NCBI GenBank assembly: GCA_016861085.1
Contig: BOKR01000001.1
Span: 896,153-960,152, forward strand
DNA: 64,000 nt
Source of the DNA: Patescibacteria group bacterium
GTDB taxonomy: Bacteria; Patescibacteriota; Microgenomatia; UBA1400; PJMF01
Reading direction: 5' to 3'
In this document: positions 47,031 to 58,627 of the stretch, piece after piece
Position numbering within the stretch: the stretch's first letter is position 1
Layout: the number at the start of each line of letters is the position of its first letter
Translations under genes and position numbers: made by a program
The notes under the pieces: generated by a model
What the model was told of the DNA's origin: nothing
Seen by the model: only the letters and a program-made list of their open reading frames with translations
Databases searched by the model: none

Positions 47031-47903
47031 TTATAACCCGGCTTTTCTTAACTCTTCAACTGCTTTTTTTTGCTGGCGATTCAATTTTTCTGGCAACTCA
47101 ACAATAAATCGGACATACAGATCACCTTTACCATGACCTTGCACCTGTTGCACCCCTTCACCTCGCAATCGCACCATGGTGTGTGATTGTGTCCCTGCTC
47201 TCACTTTTAGTTTCAGTGTTTGATCAACAGTTTCAACTTCTGTTGTCCCACCTAAAAGCGCAAGTGAAATCGGTATTAGCTCATCAACAAATAAATCATA
47301 ACCTTCGCGTCTGAATCTTGGATGAGTCTTTACATTTATAGAAACATCAAACTCACTAAACCTAATCCTAGTGCCGTCATTTGCTCCTGCTGGAACTTTG
47401 ATTTTGTGTCTTTTACCTTCGATCTCGACTTCTTTTGTTACACCCTTAATTGCTTCTAAAAATTCAATTGTTAGAGAATATCGTGGACGCGCCTGAGCTG
47501 CTCTGCCAAATCCACCCATACCGCCACCAAAAAATTGTTCAAAAATATCAAATGGATCACCAAAATCCATGTTTTCAAATGGATTTGCGCCTCCTGAAGA
47601 ATACGTGTATGTAAATGGCCCACTCTGCCTTGCACCACCAGCAAATGGATTACCGCCCATTCCACCAGATGGATCAAAAGCCGCGTGGCCAAACTGATCA
47701 TACGTTTTACGTTTCTGATCATCGGACAATACTTGGTAAGCCTCGTTAATTTCTTTGAATTTAGTCTCAGCTTCAGCTTTATTGCTCTGATTTTTGTCTG
47801 GGTGCCATTTTAGTGCAGCTTTACGATATGCAGACTTAATATCGGCTTTTGTTGCACCTTTTTTTATCCCTAAAATCTCGTAGTAATCTCGTTTGGTTGC
47901 CAT
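47031..47903 (-). CDS. dnaJ: DnaJ-family co-chaperone (J domain + G/F region + C-terminal domains, no Zn-finger; CbpA-like)
   Basis: J domain [33 protein letters not shown], a G/F-rich segment and C-terminal beta domains. No CxxCxGxG repeats. Confidence 0.85.
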   Translation of the reverse strand: MATKRDYYEILGIKKGATKADIKSAYRKAALKWHPDKNQSNKAEAETKFKEINEAYQVLSDDQKRKTYDQFGHAAFDPSGGMGGNPFAGGARQSGPFTYTYSSGGANPFENMDFGDPFDIFEQFFGGGMGGFGRAAQARPRYSLTIEFLEAIKGVTKEVEIEGKRHKIKVPAGANDGTRIRFSEFDVSINVKTHPRFRREGYDLFVDELIPISLALLGGTTEVETVDQTLKLKVRAGTQSHTMVRLRGEGVQQVQGHGKGDLYVRFIVELPEKLNRQQKKAVEELRKAGL

Positions 47904-47963
47904 AACAGTACTTGATTTTACCAGTAACAATTGGAATTGTTAAGCAGACAATTAGTGAAACTG

Positions 47964-48791
47964 CTAATAAATTTTGAGCACTTCAATAATGCCGTCATTT
48001 TCCTGATTTGCAACTACAAAATCAGCGATTTCTTTTAGTTCAGTTGGTGCATTAGCCATGGAAATTTTTAGTCCACATGCAGAAAGTAAAGGGTAATCAT
48101 TATAACTATCACCAACTCCAATAATTTCTTGAGGATCGAAGTCCATTATTTTTGCATATGCCAAAAGAGCCATGTGCTTACCGGCTCCCCCTTCATTGAT
48201 ATCAATTCCAACTCCCTTTTTGCTCGAAGTTTTAACAACATGTAAGTCAGGAAATAGATTGATGATTTTTTCAAGAACTGGCTCAACTAATTCCAAAGGA
48301 TACAGTGGCGGAATTACTGCTTTTGGAACGCCATCTAACGGCATATCCTTGATATCTAGAAAGTCTGCTCCTGCACCGAATTCTGCGTCCACTTTTCCGT
48401 CAATGGAATACACGTATTGGCCGCGTTCTGCAGCAAAGAAAAAATCTAGTTCACTAAGATGTTCGATAAGCCTTGCGAGTGTGTCAGGGTTGATATGTTT
48501 TGCCCACAATATTTCATCAGTCTCTGTTGAAATAATCTCAGAACCTCCTCTAACAATAACTGGATGTTTTAAACCTAATTCTTTACAAGTTTTTTCCAAG
48601 ATTCCAGGGTAACCTCTCCCTGTTGCTATAGAAAACACGCCGCCATTTTTTACAAATTCCCGTATCGCATCTTTGGCTGCTTGTGTCATTTGCTGACTGT
48701 GGTCAACCAGAGTCCCATCAAAATCGGAAACAATGGCTTTATATTTTTGCATATGGTCCTTTATACCAAAAACTCGCAGTGTTTGAAACAA
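47964..48791 (-). CDS. HAD-superfamily Cof-type hydrolase (sugar phosphatase)
   Basis: Motif I VSDFDGTLV, motif II SIATGR and motif IV GDSYNDYPLL. Confidence 0.8.
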   Translation of the reverse strand: MFQTLRVFGIKDHMQKYKAIVSDFDGTLVDHSQQMTQAAKDAIREFVKNGGVFSIATGRGYPGILEKTCKELGLKHPVIVRGGSEIISTETDEILWAKHINPDTLARLIEHLSELDFFFAAERGQYVYSIDGKVDAEFGAGADFLDIKDMPLDGVPKAVIPPLYPLELVEPVLEKIINLFPDLHVVKTSSKKGVGIDINEGGAGKHMALLAYAKIMDFDPQEIIGVGDSYNDYPLLSACGLKISMANAPTELKEIADFVVANQENDGIIEVLKIY

Positions 48792-48820
48792 CCGCGAGTT
48801 TTTTCGAGTCTTAATAAAAT

Positions 48821-50749
48821 TTACTCGTTTACAACTTCACCTTCTTCAGCGCCTTCTGTTTTCTTTGCGTTTTCAGAGGATTCATCTTGTGAACCAGCTT
48901 GCGAGCCGGCTGCTCCACTTTGAGCTTGAGCTTTTTGCATAGCTTCACCGATTTTTTGAGCTGATTTGAACATCTCATCAGTTGCTTTGTCTAACTCTTC
49001 TTTGGTGACATCATCTTTGGCAGCCAACTCTTTGAGTTTCTTTGCGTTTTCAGCAATTTCTTCTTTGTCTTTGGCTTCAAGCTTATCACCATATTCTTCA
49101 AGTTGCTTCTCAATCTCAAAGGCAACAGAGTTGGCATGGTTTTTAGCTTCAATCAACTCTTTCTTCTTCTTATCTTCTTCAGCATGAGCTTCCGCATCTT
49201 GCTTCATTTTTTCAACTTCTTCGTCAGACAAGTTAGTTGAGTTTTGAATGCTAATTTTCTGCTCTTTGCCAGTGTTTTTCTCTTTTGCAGTTACATGCAA
49301 AATACCATTCGAGTCGATATCAAATGTCACTTCAATCTGTGGCATACCTCTTCGTGCTGGTGGGATTCCATCAAGAATGAATCTACCAAGAGACTTGTTA
49401 TCAGCAGCCATTTCGCGCTCACCTTGTAGCACATTGATTTCAACTTGAGTTTGGTTGTCTGCGGCAGTAGAAAATACCTGAGATTTACTGGTTGGAATTG
49501 TTGTGTTTCTCTCAATTAGCGGAGTTCTGATTCCACCTAAAGTTTCAAGTCCAAGAGTTAATGGAGTCACGTCTAACAAGACAACATCAGTCACATCTCC
49601 ACCAATCACACCTGCTTGGATTGCAGCACCAACAGCCACAACTTCGTCTGGATTCACACCTTGATGTGGTTTCTTGCCAAAGAATTTTTCAACTTCGCTG
49701 ACCACTTTTGGCATACGGGTTTGACCACCAACCAAAACGACTTCGTTAATATCTTTTGCAGAAATGCCAGCATCTTTGAGTGCTTTTTCGACTGGCTTGA
49801 AGGTTTTTTTGATTAAGTCATCAACAATTTCTTCAAGTTTTGCACGAGTCAAAGTCATAGTTAAGTGCAAAGGACCGTCTGACCCTTGAGTAATGAAAGG
49901 CTGATTGATTTCGGTAGATGCAGCACTTGAAAGCTCAATTTTAGCTTTTTCTGCACTGTCTTTTACCCGTTGCAAGGCCTGAGGATCTTTGGAAAGATCA
50001 ACGCCATTTTCTTTTTTGAACTCAGCAATAATCCATTCAATAATTTGACTGTCGAAGTCATCACCACCAAGGAATGTGTCTCCATTGGTTGATTTGACTT
50101 CAAAGACACCATCGCCAATTTCTAAGATAGAAATATCAAAAGTACCACCTCCAAGGTCATACACCGCGATAGTACTACTGCCTTTTTTATCAAGGCCGTA
50201 AGCAAGGGCTGCCGCAGTTGGCTCGTTGACAATTCGTTCAACTGTTAAACCAGCAATTTCACCTGCTTGCTTGGTTGCTTGTCGTTGGGCATCATCAAAA
50301 TATGCAGGAACAGTGATAACGGCTCTGGTTACTTTGCCACCCAAATAACTTTCAGCATCAGCTTTTGCCTTTGCTAGAATCTTGGCGGAAATTTCTTGTG
50401 GAGTGTATTGTTTGCCATCAATCTTAACAACAGCCATGCCGTCTTTGCCTTCTGCAACTTCGTAGGCAACATGTTTAATAGCATTTTGAACACCTGCTGC
50501 TCTGAGTTTACCACCCATAAAACGTTTCACAGAGTTGACAGTTTTCTTTGGATTTAAAACCATTTGGCGTTTGGCAACATCACCAACAGAAACATCACTA
50601 CCTTTGAATGAAACTATAGAAGGGAATGTATTTCTACCTTCTGCGGTAGGAATAACTTTGGCAGTACCACCTTCCATAACAGCAACTGCTGAGTTGGTGG
50701 TACCTAAGTCGATACCAATGATTTTACCTGTAGAATTTGAATTAGACAT
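48821..50749 (-). CDS. dnaK: Molecular chaperone DnaK (Hsp70)
   Basis: [28 protein letters not shown] and a C-terminal EEVD-like acidic tail. Confidence 0.97.
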   Translation of the reverse strand: MSNSNSTGKIIGIDLGTTNSAVAVMEGGTAKVIPTAEGRNTFPSIVSFKGSDVSVGDVAKRQMVLNPKKTVNSVKRFMGGKLRAAGVQNAIKHVAYEVAEGKDGMAVVKIDGKQYTPQEISAKILAKAKADAESYLGGKVTRAVITVPAYFDDAQRQATKQAGEIAGLTVERIVNEPTAAALAYGLDKKGSSTIAVYDLGGGTFDISILEIGDGVFEVKSTNGDTFLGGDDFDSQIIEWIIAEFKKENGVDLSKDPQALQRVKDSAEKAKIELSSAASTEINQPFITQGSDGPLHLTMTLTRAKLEEIVDDLIKKTFKPVEKALKDAGISAKDINEVVLVGGQTRMPKVVSEVEKFFGKKPHQGVNPDEVVAVGAAIQAGVIGGDVTDVVLLDVTPLTLGLETLGGIRTPLIERNTTIPTSKSQVFSTAADNQTQVEINVLQGEREMAADNKSLGRFILDGIPPARRGMPQIEVTFDIDSNGILHVTAKEKNTGKEQKISIQNSTNLSDEEVEKMKQDAEAHAEEDKKKKELIEAKNHANSVAFEIEKQLEEYGDKLEAKDKEEIAENAKKLKELAAKDDVTKEELDKATDEMFKSAQKIGEAMQKAQAQSGAAGSQAGSQDESSENAKKTEGAEEGEVVNE

Positions 50750-50854
50750 TGTCTGCTCCTTTTTCTAAATTTGATTTTGTACTTATTTTGGCCACATTGT
50801 TAGTGTTACACTGCGCTTGTGCAGACACTTGATGCACCGTTTCGACTTCCAATT

Positions 50855-50881
50855 TTAGCAAACAATTAATTAGACTGCTAG
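50855..50881. promoter_or_regulatory. Weak CIRCE-like inverted repeat between grpE and dnaK
   Basis: TTAGCAaac-N9-GAcTGCTAg against the consensus TTAGCACTC-N9-GAGTGCTAA, with 4 mismatches. Confidence 0.2.
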
Positions 50882-50952
50882 TAGCAATTTAACCTGGAGA
50901 CTGCTAATCGGTGAAAAATTATGAACTGACTAGCAACTCCTGAAGACAATAC

Positions 50953-51465
50953 CTAGTCCAAAATTACTTTTGCGTGTTGGATAACTTCGTCATTGAGGGT
51001 GTACCCATCCTTGACGATTTTGACAACCTTTTGACCCTGTTCCCCTTTGTCTGCGACTTCCATTGTGGTAACATCAAATTCTTTTCCAAGTGCTTCAATT
51101 TTTTTGAGTCCATTTTGTTCTAGCGCCTGCCAAAGTTGGGAGACAACCATTGATAAGCCAGCATCCTTGAGTTGTTCACTAGCCAAAGTTAAGTGGCCCA
51201 AAGGCTGTAGTAAATCTTCAACAAAATTGCGAGCCGCTAGGCGAGCAACTTTGCTTCGCTCTTCATTAGTACGACGTACTAAGTTTTGATAATCTGCCAA
51301 AGCCAATTGCTCTTTACGCTTCGCGTTAGCGAGCTGATTTGATAAATCTAAAACCTGTTCAGAGAGCTCACTAATCGTTTGCTCCATCTGTTCAAAATTG
51401 TGCTCAATTTTTTCGACTGGATCTTCATTCAAATATTGTGTTTGCTTTAGCTTTGAGTCTTTCAT
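50953..51465 (-). CDS. grpE: Nucleotide exchange factor GrpE
   Basis: Coiled-coil N-terminus and a C-terminal GrpE beta domain, positioned between hrcA and dnaK. Confidence 0.9.
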   Translation of the reverse strand: MKDSKLKQTQYLNEDPVEKIEHNFEQMEQTISELSEQVLDLSNQLANAKRKEQLALADYQNLVRRTNEERSKVARLAARNFVEDLLQPLGHLTLASEQLKDAGLSMVVSQLWQALEQNGLKKIEALGKEFDVTTMEVADKGEQGQKVVKIVKDGYTLNDEVIQHAKVILD

Positions 51466-51474
51466 ATGTAAATT

Positions 51475-52197
51475 TTATTCAACAATTTCTTTGATTAAAT
51501 TTCGCACATATTTCATCATTGGAATTATGTATGCATAGTCAAATCTACTTGAGCCAAGTAAGGCAATATGTACAGGCTGACCATCAACAGAAAAAGACAT
51601 ATAAATAATTCCAATTGGTAGTAAATCTCGGTTTCCAAGCTCTGGACCATACACAACTTGAACTAAGTTCTCATTTGTGCTTGAATCAAAAATCTCTTCA
51701 AGCATTTTCTCCTCTTCAATTAATCGTAGTACATTGCGCATTACCTTAATATCAAAAAATTCTGGCATTTGAAGCAAATTTGCATATCCAGAATGGTACA
51801 AATGGTATTCATCTGACAATGTAATTGCTAAAGCTTGGGATTTATCTGCTAAAACCTTGGTTATTTGAAACAGCATTTGATCTAACTTGTCTCTACTATT
51901 CCATATTTTTTCTTTTGCTGAAACTTCATCAGCTACGGAAAGGTCGCGCTCTTTCATGAGTTCATTAACATACAGCTTCATAGCTACCGAAGTTGGTACA
52001 CGACCAGCACTACTATGACTCTTGTTAAGATATCCCTGCTTGGTCAGCTGTGCCATCTCATTACGAATTGTTGCAGGAGAAACACCAATTGAGTACTTTT
52101 TGTCGACAGTTTCCGAACCAACTGGTTCGGCAGTTGAAATAAACTCTTCGATGACTGCACGTAAGATTTGTACTTGGCGGGCGGTTAAATCTATCAT
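51475..52197 (-). CDS. hrcA: Heat-inducible transcription repressor HrcA
   Basis: N-terminal winged helix LTARQVQILRAVIEEFISTAEPVGSETV. The start was taken at the second Met so that the CIRCE operator lies upstream. Confidence 0.8.
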   Translation of the reverse strand: MIDLTARQVQILRAVIEEFISTAEPVGSETVDKKYSIGVSPATIRNEMAQLTKQGYLNKSHSSAGRVPTSVAMKLYVNELMKERDLSVADEVSAKEKIWNSRDKLDQMLFQITKVLADKSQALAITLSDEYHLYHSGYANLLQMPEFFDIKVMRNVLRLIEEEKMLEEIFDSSTNENLVQVVYGPELGNRDLLPIGIIYMSFSVDGQPVHIALLGSSRFDYAYIIPMMKYVRNLIKEIVE

Positions 52198-52201
52198 GGT
52201 A

Positions 52202-52228
52202 TTAGCAATCATATCTGTAGTGTGCTAA
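52202..52228. promoter_or_regulatory. CIRCE operator (HrcA binding site)
   Basis: TTAGCAaTC-N9-GtGTGCTAA, with 2 mismatches to TTAGCACTC-N9-GAGTGCTAA, immediately upstream of hrcA. Confidence 0.55.
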
Positions 52229-52265
52229 GTTGTCAACTATATTCATAACTGCTACACTAAGAACT

Positions 52266-53672
52266 ATGCATCGACCGATTAAAAAAGCCAAACTCATCAC
52301 GCAATTTATTATTATTGTCAGCTTGCTTATCGTAGTCTTAATTGGAGCCAGTCAAATAGGAGTGTTACGAGAATTTTTTGGGAAAGCTGCTGGGGAAAAC
52401 GCGAACATTCATGTCTATACTTCAAAAGTTTTGGGCAATTATAAAAAACCGTGGAGAAATTTGGCTCAAGGTGGAGAAGACCACGAGTGGCGAATGGGTT
52501 CACTGGTTGGAGCTGTGAAAGCACTCAATCCTGAATATATCAGGATTGATCATATCTATGATTTTTATGACGTTGTGGGTGGTTCAGACGGAAGCTATAC
52601 CTATGATTTTTCTAAACTTGATTTAGTTCTGAACGATATAATAGCTACGGGAGCAAAACCATATATTGCTCTCTCCTACATGCCGACTCAATTTGGCAAT
52701 GGTGATTTGGTGGGTAAGCCAAATAATTATGGTGATTGGCAGGCTGTAGTACAGCGTACAATTCAACATGTAAGTGGTACTCGCGGAATTTCTGATGTGT
52801 ATTATGAAGTCTGGAATGAACCGGATCTTTTTGGAGGCTGGAAATATTATGGTGACAAAAATTATCTAGATTTATATAGGTATGCCTCAAACGCTGCCCG
52901 AAATGTCTCTGGAGTTCGGGCATTCAAGCTTGGTGGACCTGCAACTACAGGATTCTATAAAAATTGGGCAGAAGCGCTAATAAAGTTTGCAAGTACCAAC
53001 AACCTCAAACTTGATTTTATTTCTTGGCACCGATATTCAAACGATTTGGATGCTTACAAAGATGACATGCTGGCAATTAGAACTCTAGTTCAAAATTACC
53101 CTCAATATGAGGGGCAACTGGAGTTTCATATTACCGAATGGGGTCATGACAGTGATGTTAATGCTGGATATGACACTGCATATGGGGCCGCTCATACTGT
53201 TGCTGGAGCCATTGAAATGGTTGGTGTGGTTGAACGAGCGTTTGCCTTTGAAATTCAAGACGGTAAAGACCCAAATGGGCAAGAGTATTGGGGTCGCTGG
53301 GGACTATTCACACACAATGATTTCGGGGCAAAAGCCAAACCTAGATATTTTGCCTTAAAAATGCTGGATCGTATTTCTGACCAAAGAGTGCAATTACTTG
53401 GCAAAGGTAGTTGGGTAAAAGCCCTGGCAGCAAAAAATAGTACAAATGGAAATATTGAAGTCGTATTGTCTAATTTTGATGCTAGAGGACAACATGGTGA
53501 GAATGTTCCAATTACTTTTGAGGAAATTGAGCCAGGAAGTTACACAATCAAAAAAGAGTTAACAACTGGACAGGTGGTAACTGAAAATGCCGCAACTACA
53601 GAGGCACGATTAAAAACAAACCTTTATATGCCAACTAATACTGTAGGCTTCGTCACGTTACAAAAACAGTAA
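52266..53672 (+). CDS. Secreted glycoside hydrolase, clan GH-A (GH39/GH5-like)
   Basis: Signal peptide, VWNEPD (acid/base Glu) and ITEWG (nucleophile Glu) on a TIM barrel. The start is probably at MHRPIKK (52266). Confidence 0.6.
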   Translation: MHRPIKKAKLITQFIIIVSLLIVVLIGASQIGVLREFFGKAAGENANIHVYTSKVLGNYKKPWRNLAQGGEDHEWRMGSLVGAVKALNPEYIRIDHIYDFYDVVGGSDGSYTYDFSKLDLVLNDIIATGAKPYIALSYMPTQFGNGDLVGKPNNYGDWQAVVQRTIQHVSGTRGISDVYYEVWNEPDLFGGWKYYGDKNYLDLYRYASNAARNVSGVRAFKLGGPATTGFYKNWAEALIKFASTNNLKLDFISWHRYSNDLDAYKDDMLAIRTLVQNYPQYEGQLEFHITEWGHDSDVNAGYDTAYGAAHTVAGAIEMVGVVERAFAFEIQDGKDPNGQEYWGRWGLFTHNDFGAKAKPRYFALKMLDRISDQRVQLLGKGSWVKALAAKNSTNGNIEVVLSNFDARGQHGENVPITFEEIEPGSYTIKKELTTGQVVTENAATTEARLKTNLYMPTNTVGFVTLQKQ

Positions 53673-53673
53673 A

Positions 53674-54147
53674 CTATCTTTGTTTTGCCAACAAATAGCC
53701 TTGATATGAATAAGTATCCCAATTGTCAAAAATATAGTTGACCCAATCAAATTGGTCACTTGTTATTGCAAAAAATAAATCACTGGTTCGTTCCAAACCA
53801 GAACCTTTCTGGGATTCATTTCTGAGAGCGTCGCAAATTTGGGCTTTAATTTTGATGTCCTTTTCTTTGGCAAAGTATAGATCTGCAAGCATACCTACAC
53901 TTTTTCTCTTCCCCCAAACTCGAGCTAGTACTTCTAGTAAGTGAACAGCTCTTGGTCCATACATCCTTGCTGGTGCTTCTTGCATGTATACAATAAGAAT
54001 CTTCCACTCACGCACAGTAAGGTCATTCAAAACAATTAAAATTGCTTCTGCCTTTTGATCCGGAGTTTTCTCAATATTGGAAGTAGCATCCAACATAACT
54101 TGATTAGCTGTTAGACGACCTTCCCCCTCTAGTAGTTTTTTTTTCAT
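53674..54147 (-). CDS. Hypothetical protein
   Basis: The start was chosen at MKKKLLEG because a GGAGGTGGAT Shine-Dalgarno lies 4 nt upstream. No motif was recognised. Confidence 0.4.
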   Translation of the reverse strand: MKKKLLEGEGRLTANQVMLDATSNIEKTPDQKAEAILIVLNDLTVREWKILIVYMQEAPARMYGPRAVHLLEVLARVWGKRKSVGMLADLYFAKEKDIKIKAQICDALRNESQKGSGLERTSDLFFAITSDQFDWVNYIFDNWDTYSYQGYLLAKQR

Positions 54148-55306
54148 ATCCACCTCCCATAGGTGGATTATAGCACTCAAGTATAAAAGCACTTATTTCT
54201 TTTTTAAACCGTCCTTTGCTAAATTGCAAAGCATAATCATATATTTTTTGTTTATTCCACTTGGTTTTCAATAATTTTTCTATAACTGATCCTAGACTTT
54301 CAATAGTAAATGCATCAAAAAAATATCCATTTTCACCTTCTCTAATAGTTTCAAGTGGACCTCCTGACCGGTGGGCAATCACCGGAACTCCATGACCCAT
54401 AGCTTCGATTGGAACCATACCAAAATCTTCATCTTCTGCAGGATATAAGAGTGCTGTAGCATTTTCGTACAGATCTGATAATGTCTTATCGTCAACTCCA
54501 CCCAAAAATTCAACTGTTTCCCCCGCAATTGACCTAAGATACTCTATTCCTTTTCCTGAACCAACTACTTTCAGAGAGAAACCTAGTTTAGTTGCTGTTT
54601 TAACTGCTAGATCTACGTGTTTACTCGCAGCAATTCTTCCTACTATCAAAAAATATCCATTTTTTTCTGGCAACTGCGCAGTATTTGAAAATTTTTTGTT
54701 TTCGTCAATCTCAATCGGTGGATATATCACTGTTGAATCTAATCGATAAAATTTTTCAATTCGGCGTTTTGTTTCTTGTGAGTTAGCGATAAAAAAATCA
54801 ACATTATTTCGAGCAATTTGTACATCTATAATTCGTAAATAGTAATTAATGAGCATTCCAGCAACTCTAGTAATTGGATTGCTTTTCCAGTCGGTCATGG
54901 TTGTGTAACCATACAGCGAACGGGCTGGAGTGTGACAATACGTTATGTGTAGGGCTTTTTTATTTCCTTTTTTGACTGTCACAGCCTTAGAAAAATATGC
55001 GTTAGTTGAAGAGATAACAACGTCATAGTCACTCAGATCAAAAGATGAAAAATAGTTTGGAGCAAAAATTCGCAGTGGCGAAAATAATTTTTTATACAAT
55101 GGAACTTTTGTAAGCCAGCTTTCGCGAATATCCCAGCCCAAAAATTTTTTTGCATGAATTCCTGTTACTGTAAAATCAGTGAAAGAAACAAATACTGGAG
55201 CATCAGAAAATAATTCGTGCAAAGCTTCAACAACTCGCTCAGCTCCTCCATACTCCCGTAAATAATCATGAACCAATGCTACTTTTAATTCTTTAATCTG
55301 TTTCAT
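54104..55306 (-). CDS. Glycosyltransferase family 4 (GT-B, retaining)
   Basis: E-x7-E motif region EDFGMVPIEAMGHGVPVI and a GT4 C-terminal Rossmann domain. Confidence 0.8.
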   Translation of the reverse strand: MKQIKELKVALVHDYLREYGGAERVVEALHELFSDAPVFVSFTDFTVTGIHAKKFLGWDIRESWLTKVPLYKKLFSPLRIFAPNYFSSFDLSDYDVVISSTNAYFSKAVTVKKGNKKALHITYCHTPARSLYGYTTMTDWKSNPITRVAGMLINYYLRIIDVQIARNNVDFFIANSQETKRRIEKFYRLDSTVIYPPIEIDENKKFSNTAQLPEKNGYFLIVGRIAASKHVDLAVKTATKLGFSLKVVGSGKGIEYLRSIAGETVEFLGGVDDKTLSDLYENATALLYPAEDEDFGMVPIEAMGHGVPVIAHRSGGPLETIREGENGYFFDAFTIESLGSVIEKLLKTKWNKQKIYDYALQFSKGRFKKEISAFILECYNPPMGGGYEKKTTRGGRSSNS

Positions 55307-56274
55307 TAGAATAATGCTTCCTGCACAGCTTCTTCAAATTCGTCTTTTGGTAGTAAACCTTTGAGGGAATTAAATTTGTATTTTTCAAACAGTGCCGAAA
55401 CCATATCTTTATCATAATTTTTTGTAACACATTTTTCTAATTCAAAACTAACCGGAGCGTCATGCTGGATCGTTGCCAGTTTTTTACTTAAAAAAGCCAT
55501 ATCTTTATCAGCAATTAATTTTTTAAGCACAGCACCTTTGACGAGTGAGTTTGTCGACGATTGACCAGCTGTTTCTTGTTTCTCTAGTTCCTCAACCACC
55601 TCATACAAATGATCTAGAGTTTTAAATTCTTGGATTAGCTTTACTGCAGTCTTTTCGCCAATACCTTTTACTCCTGGAATGTTATCAGATGGATCTCCCA
55701 TTAAAGCTTTTAGGTCAGGGATCTGTTCTGGGGTTACTCCCATTCGTTGAGCTACTCCTGCCTCATCGTACTCTCTATCTTTGCTAAATTTCCCTCTTCC
55801 GGGTATAAATACATGAGTACTATCATCTTCAACCAGCTGCAAAATATCTTTATCACCGGTGACAATTATTGTTTGGACACTTCCTTGCTGTTTGACCTCA
55901 TCTGCAATAGTACCAAGTAAGTCATCGGCTTCAAATCCATCAATTTCAAATTGTGGAATATTAAATGCGGTAACCAAATCTTTGATAATACTTATCTGTG
56001 GAACAAGGTCATCAGGCATTGGTGGTCTCTGGGCCTTATACTTATCAAAGTCAGCCACGCGCTTAGATTTGCCATTTTTATGGTCAAAGGCCACGGCTAT
56101 ATATTTGGGGTCGTAATCGTTGATAACTTTAAGCAAGATTTTGGCAAAACCGTATACTGCGTTAATTGGCATCCCAGTTGGATCAGTCAATTCTTTTAAT
56201 GCATGGTACGCCCTATAAATAATGGCGTGACCGTCAAGGATAACAAACTTTTCTTTTGTCTTAAACTCTTCCAT
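55306..56274 (-). CDS. Stand-alone 5'-3' exonuclease (Pol I N-terminal FEN-like domain)
   Basis: FVILDGHAIIYRAYHAL…, PIN-like/H3TH motifs, and a length of 322 aa. Confidence 0.85.
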   Translation of the reverse strand: MEEFKTKEKFVILDGHAIIYRAYHALKELTDPTGMPINAVYGFAKILLKVINDYDPKYIAVAFDHKNGKSKRVADFDKYKAQRPPMPDDLVPQISIIKDLVTAFNIPQFEIDGFEADDLLGTIADEVKQQGSVQTIIVTGDKDILQLVEDDSTHVFIPGRGKFSKDREYDEAGVAQRMGVTPEQIPDLKALMGDPSDNIPGVKGIGEKTAVKLIQEFKTLDHLYEVVEELEKQETAGQSSTNSLVKGAVLKKLIADKDMAFLSKKLATIQHDAPVSFELEKCVTKNYDKDMVSALFEKYKFNSLKGLLPKDEFEEAVQEALF

Positions 56275-56278
56275 TGGT

Positions 56279-58192
56279 CTAGTGTTTTGCTTTTTTAACT
56301 CCCATTAATTTTTCGAACTCATCACCATCAAGTGATTCAACTTCAATGAGTTTTTCAGAAAGTGACTTGAGTTGTTTAGCATATTTTTTCAAAATTGCTT
56401 CAGCACGAGTTTGACCTTCTGTAATAAATTTTTGGATTTCACCGTCAACTTTTTCTTGCAATCTTTCCGAGAGTTTCGTGTAGTCGCCAAAGTATGAGTC
56501 ATACGATTGATCAATATCAGGGTGGAAATTCATTGGGCCCAACTCGCTCATACCATAATCCATTACCATAGCACGTGCAATTTGAGTTGCTTTTTGAATA
56601 TCGCTGCTTGCACCAGCAGTTAGTTCTGAGAAAACTTGCTTTTCGGCAGATCTACCACCAAGCAATACTGCGATATCATCAAGTAATTCTGATTTTGTTG
56701 TTTGAAGTTTATCTTTTTCAGGTGGAGTGAGAGTGAACCCAAGTGCACGACCTCGAGAAATAATAGAAACTCTATGCACTGGATCTGCATGTGGAGAAAC
56801 ATGAGCAACAATTGCATGACCAATTTCATGATAAGCGGTCATTTCTTTTTCTAACTCATCTTGTAGACGCTTTTTACTTGGCCCAAGTTTCACTTTAAGA
56901 GCTGCTTCTTCAATATCCTCAGAGGTAATCTCTTCTCGAGCTTCTCGGGCAATAGAAATTGCAGCTTCATTAAGCATATTTTCTATATCAGCACCCGAAA
57001 ACCCAACTGTTCTTTTGGCAACACGATCCCAATCTAAGCCCTTCACAAAAGGTTTTCCTTTTGCATGAATCTTTATGATAAATTTTCTCTCTTCTAAATC
57101 CGGTAAGTTAACCATTACACGTCTGTCAAACCTCCCTGGACGAATCAGTGCAGAATCTAACATGTCCCCGCGGTTGGTGGCGGCCATGACAATAACATTG
57201 TCGTTTTGTGAAAAGCCGTCCATCTCAACTAAAATCTGATTTAAAGTTTGCTCACGCTCATCATGGCCGCCACTCATACTACCTCGACCACGGGCGCGAC
57301 CAATCGCATCAATTTCATCAATAAAAATAATTGCTGGAGCAAGTTTTTTAGCTGTTGTAAATAAATCACGAACTCTGGAAGCACCAACACCAACTAACAT
57401 CTCCATAAATTCTGAACCAGCAATAGACAAAAATTGCACACTTGCTTCCCCGGCGACTGCACGTGCCAAAAGGGTCTTCCCTGTTCCCGCTGGACCAACC
57501 AACAACACACCTTTTGGAGTTCTAGCTCCAACTTTTTTATATTTTTTTGGATTTTTCAAAAAGTCCACAACTTCTTCAAGCTCTTTTTTTGCTTCATCCA
57601 TGCCACCAACATCTGCAAACTTAGTATTTTGCTTTCCTTTAACAAACAGTTTTGCCTTGCTCTTGCCAATTCCCATAATATCTGGGCCACCTTTAGCACC
57701 TCTAAATATAAACAGAAAAACACCAATCATTAAAATAACTGGTAAAAATGAAAGCAATAATTCCCACAGTAACTGTCCAAAAGAAACACTTTTAACCTCA
57801 AGGTCAGTTGCTGCCAAATCTATATCAGCAGCTTGCAAGATACTCACTAAGTCTTGACCTTCTTCCTTCAATGAAATTTTTTCAGCACCATCTTTATAGG
57901 TAACACGAAGTTCATCACCAGCAACTTTAACACTAGCAATTTTCTCATCTCTAATATCCTTAACCAAGGTCGTCATCGAAATTTCTTTATCTAAGTCTGT
58001 GGTAAACAATGAAACGATAAATGGCAAGAACAAAAGACCTAATAAAATATACAAAATAGCCTTATTCATCAAGTTTTTTGGTGACATATCTATAGTAAAA
58101 GATTTCACAACCACTTTTTTTGCTGGTTCTGCTTGCCCAGGCTTTGTTTGTTTTGGTTCTGGAGTTTGGTTTTCTGGTTTGTTTTCAGCCAT
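56279..58192 (-). CDS. ftsH: ATP-dependent zinc metalloprotease FtsH
   Basis: Two TM helices, AAA Walker [22 protein letters not shown], and HEIGHAIV zinc motif. Confidence 0.95.
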   Translation of the reverse strand: MAENKPENQTPEPKQTKPGQAEPAKKVVVKSFTIDMSPKNLMNKAILYILLGLLFLPFIVSLFTTDLDKEISMTTLVKDIRDEKIASVKVAGDELRVTYKDGAEKISLKEEGQDLVSILQAADIDLAATDLEVKSVSFGQLLWELLLSFLPVILMIGVFLFIFRGAKGGPDIMGIGKSKAKLFVKGKQNTKFADVGGMDEAKKELEEVVDFLKNPKKYKKVGARTPKGVLLVGPAGTGKTLLARAVAGEASVQFLSIAGSEFMEMLVGVGASRVRDLFTTAKKLAPAIIFIDEIDAIGRARGRGSMSGGHDEREQTLNQILVEMDGFSQNDNVIVMAATNRGDMLDSALIRPGRFDRRVMVNLPDLEERKFIIKIHAKGKPFVKGLDWDRVAKRTVGFSGADIENMLNEAAISIAREAREEITSEDIEEAALKVKLGPSKKRLQDELEKEMTAYHEIGHAIVAHVSPHADPVHRVSIISRGRALGFTLTPPEKDKLQTTKSELLDDIAVLLGGRSAEKQVFSELTAGASSDIQKATQIARAMVMDYGMSELGPMNFHPDIDQSYDSYFGDYTKLSERLQEKVDGEIQKFITEGQTRAEAILKKYAKQLKSLSEKLIEVESLDGDEFEKLMGVKKAKH

Positions 58193-58269
58193 ATTTCCTC
58201 TAGTCTACATCGTTACTAAAAATATTTACGTTTCTCAACAGATTTAAAAAAGTATTGTAACACGATCAA

Positions 58270-58614
58270 TCAGCGAACCACAGTTCCGGCTTCACACTCT
58301 GCTTCAGGTGTTAATAAGATAGCAGTTTCTGCCCCGGCAGCAATAATCATGCCTTGACTTTCAACCCCACGAAGATTTCGTGGTGCTAAATTCGCCAAAT
58401 ACACTACTGTTTTTCCAACTAACTCTTCTGGAGCATACCACTGTTTAATTCCTGAAGCGACTGTTCGCTGCCCCAATTCACCCACATCTAACGTTAGTTT
58501 TAACAACTTGTCAGCCCCTTCAATTGCTTCTGCTGCAAGAACTTTAGCGATCCTTAAATCAAGCTTTGCAAAATCATCATACTGAATAACATTGTTTTGA
58601 TTTTCATCTGTCAT
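58270..58614 (-). CDS. tRNA-binding domain protein (Trbp111/CsaA/EMAP-II-like OB fold)
   Basis: [15 protein letters not shown]…[18 protein letters not shown]…GMIIAA matches the Myf/Trbp111 domain. The start was taken at MTDENQ so as not to overlap trpS. Confidence 0.65.
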   Translation of the reverse strand: MTDENQNNVIQYDDFAKLDLRIAKVLAAEAIEGADKLLKLTLDVGELGQRTVASGIKQWYAPEELVGKTVVYLANLAPRNLRGVESQGMIIAAGAETAILLTPEAECEAGTVVR

Positions 58615-58627
58615 ATATTCCTTGCGT

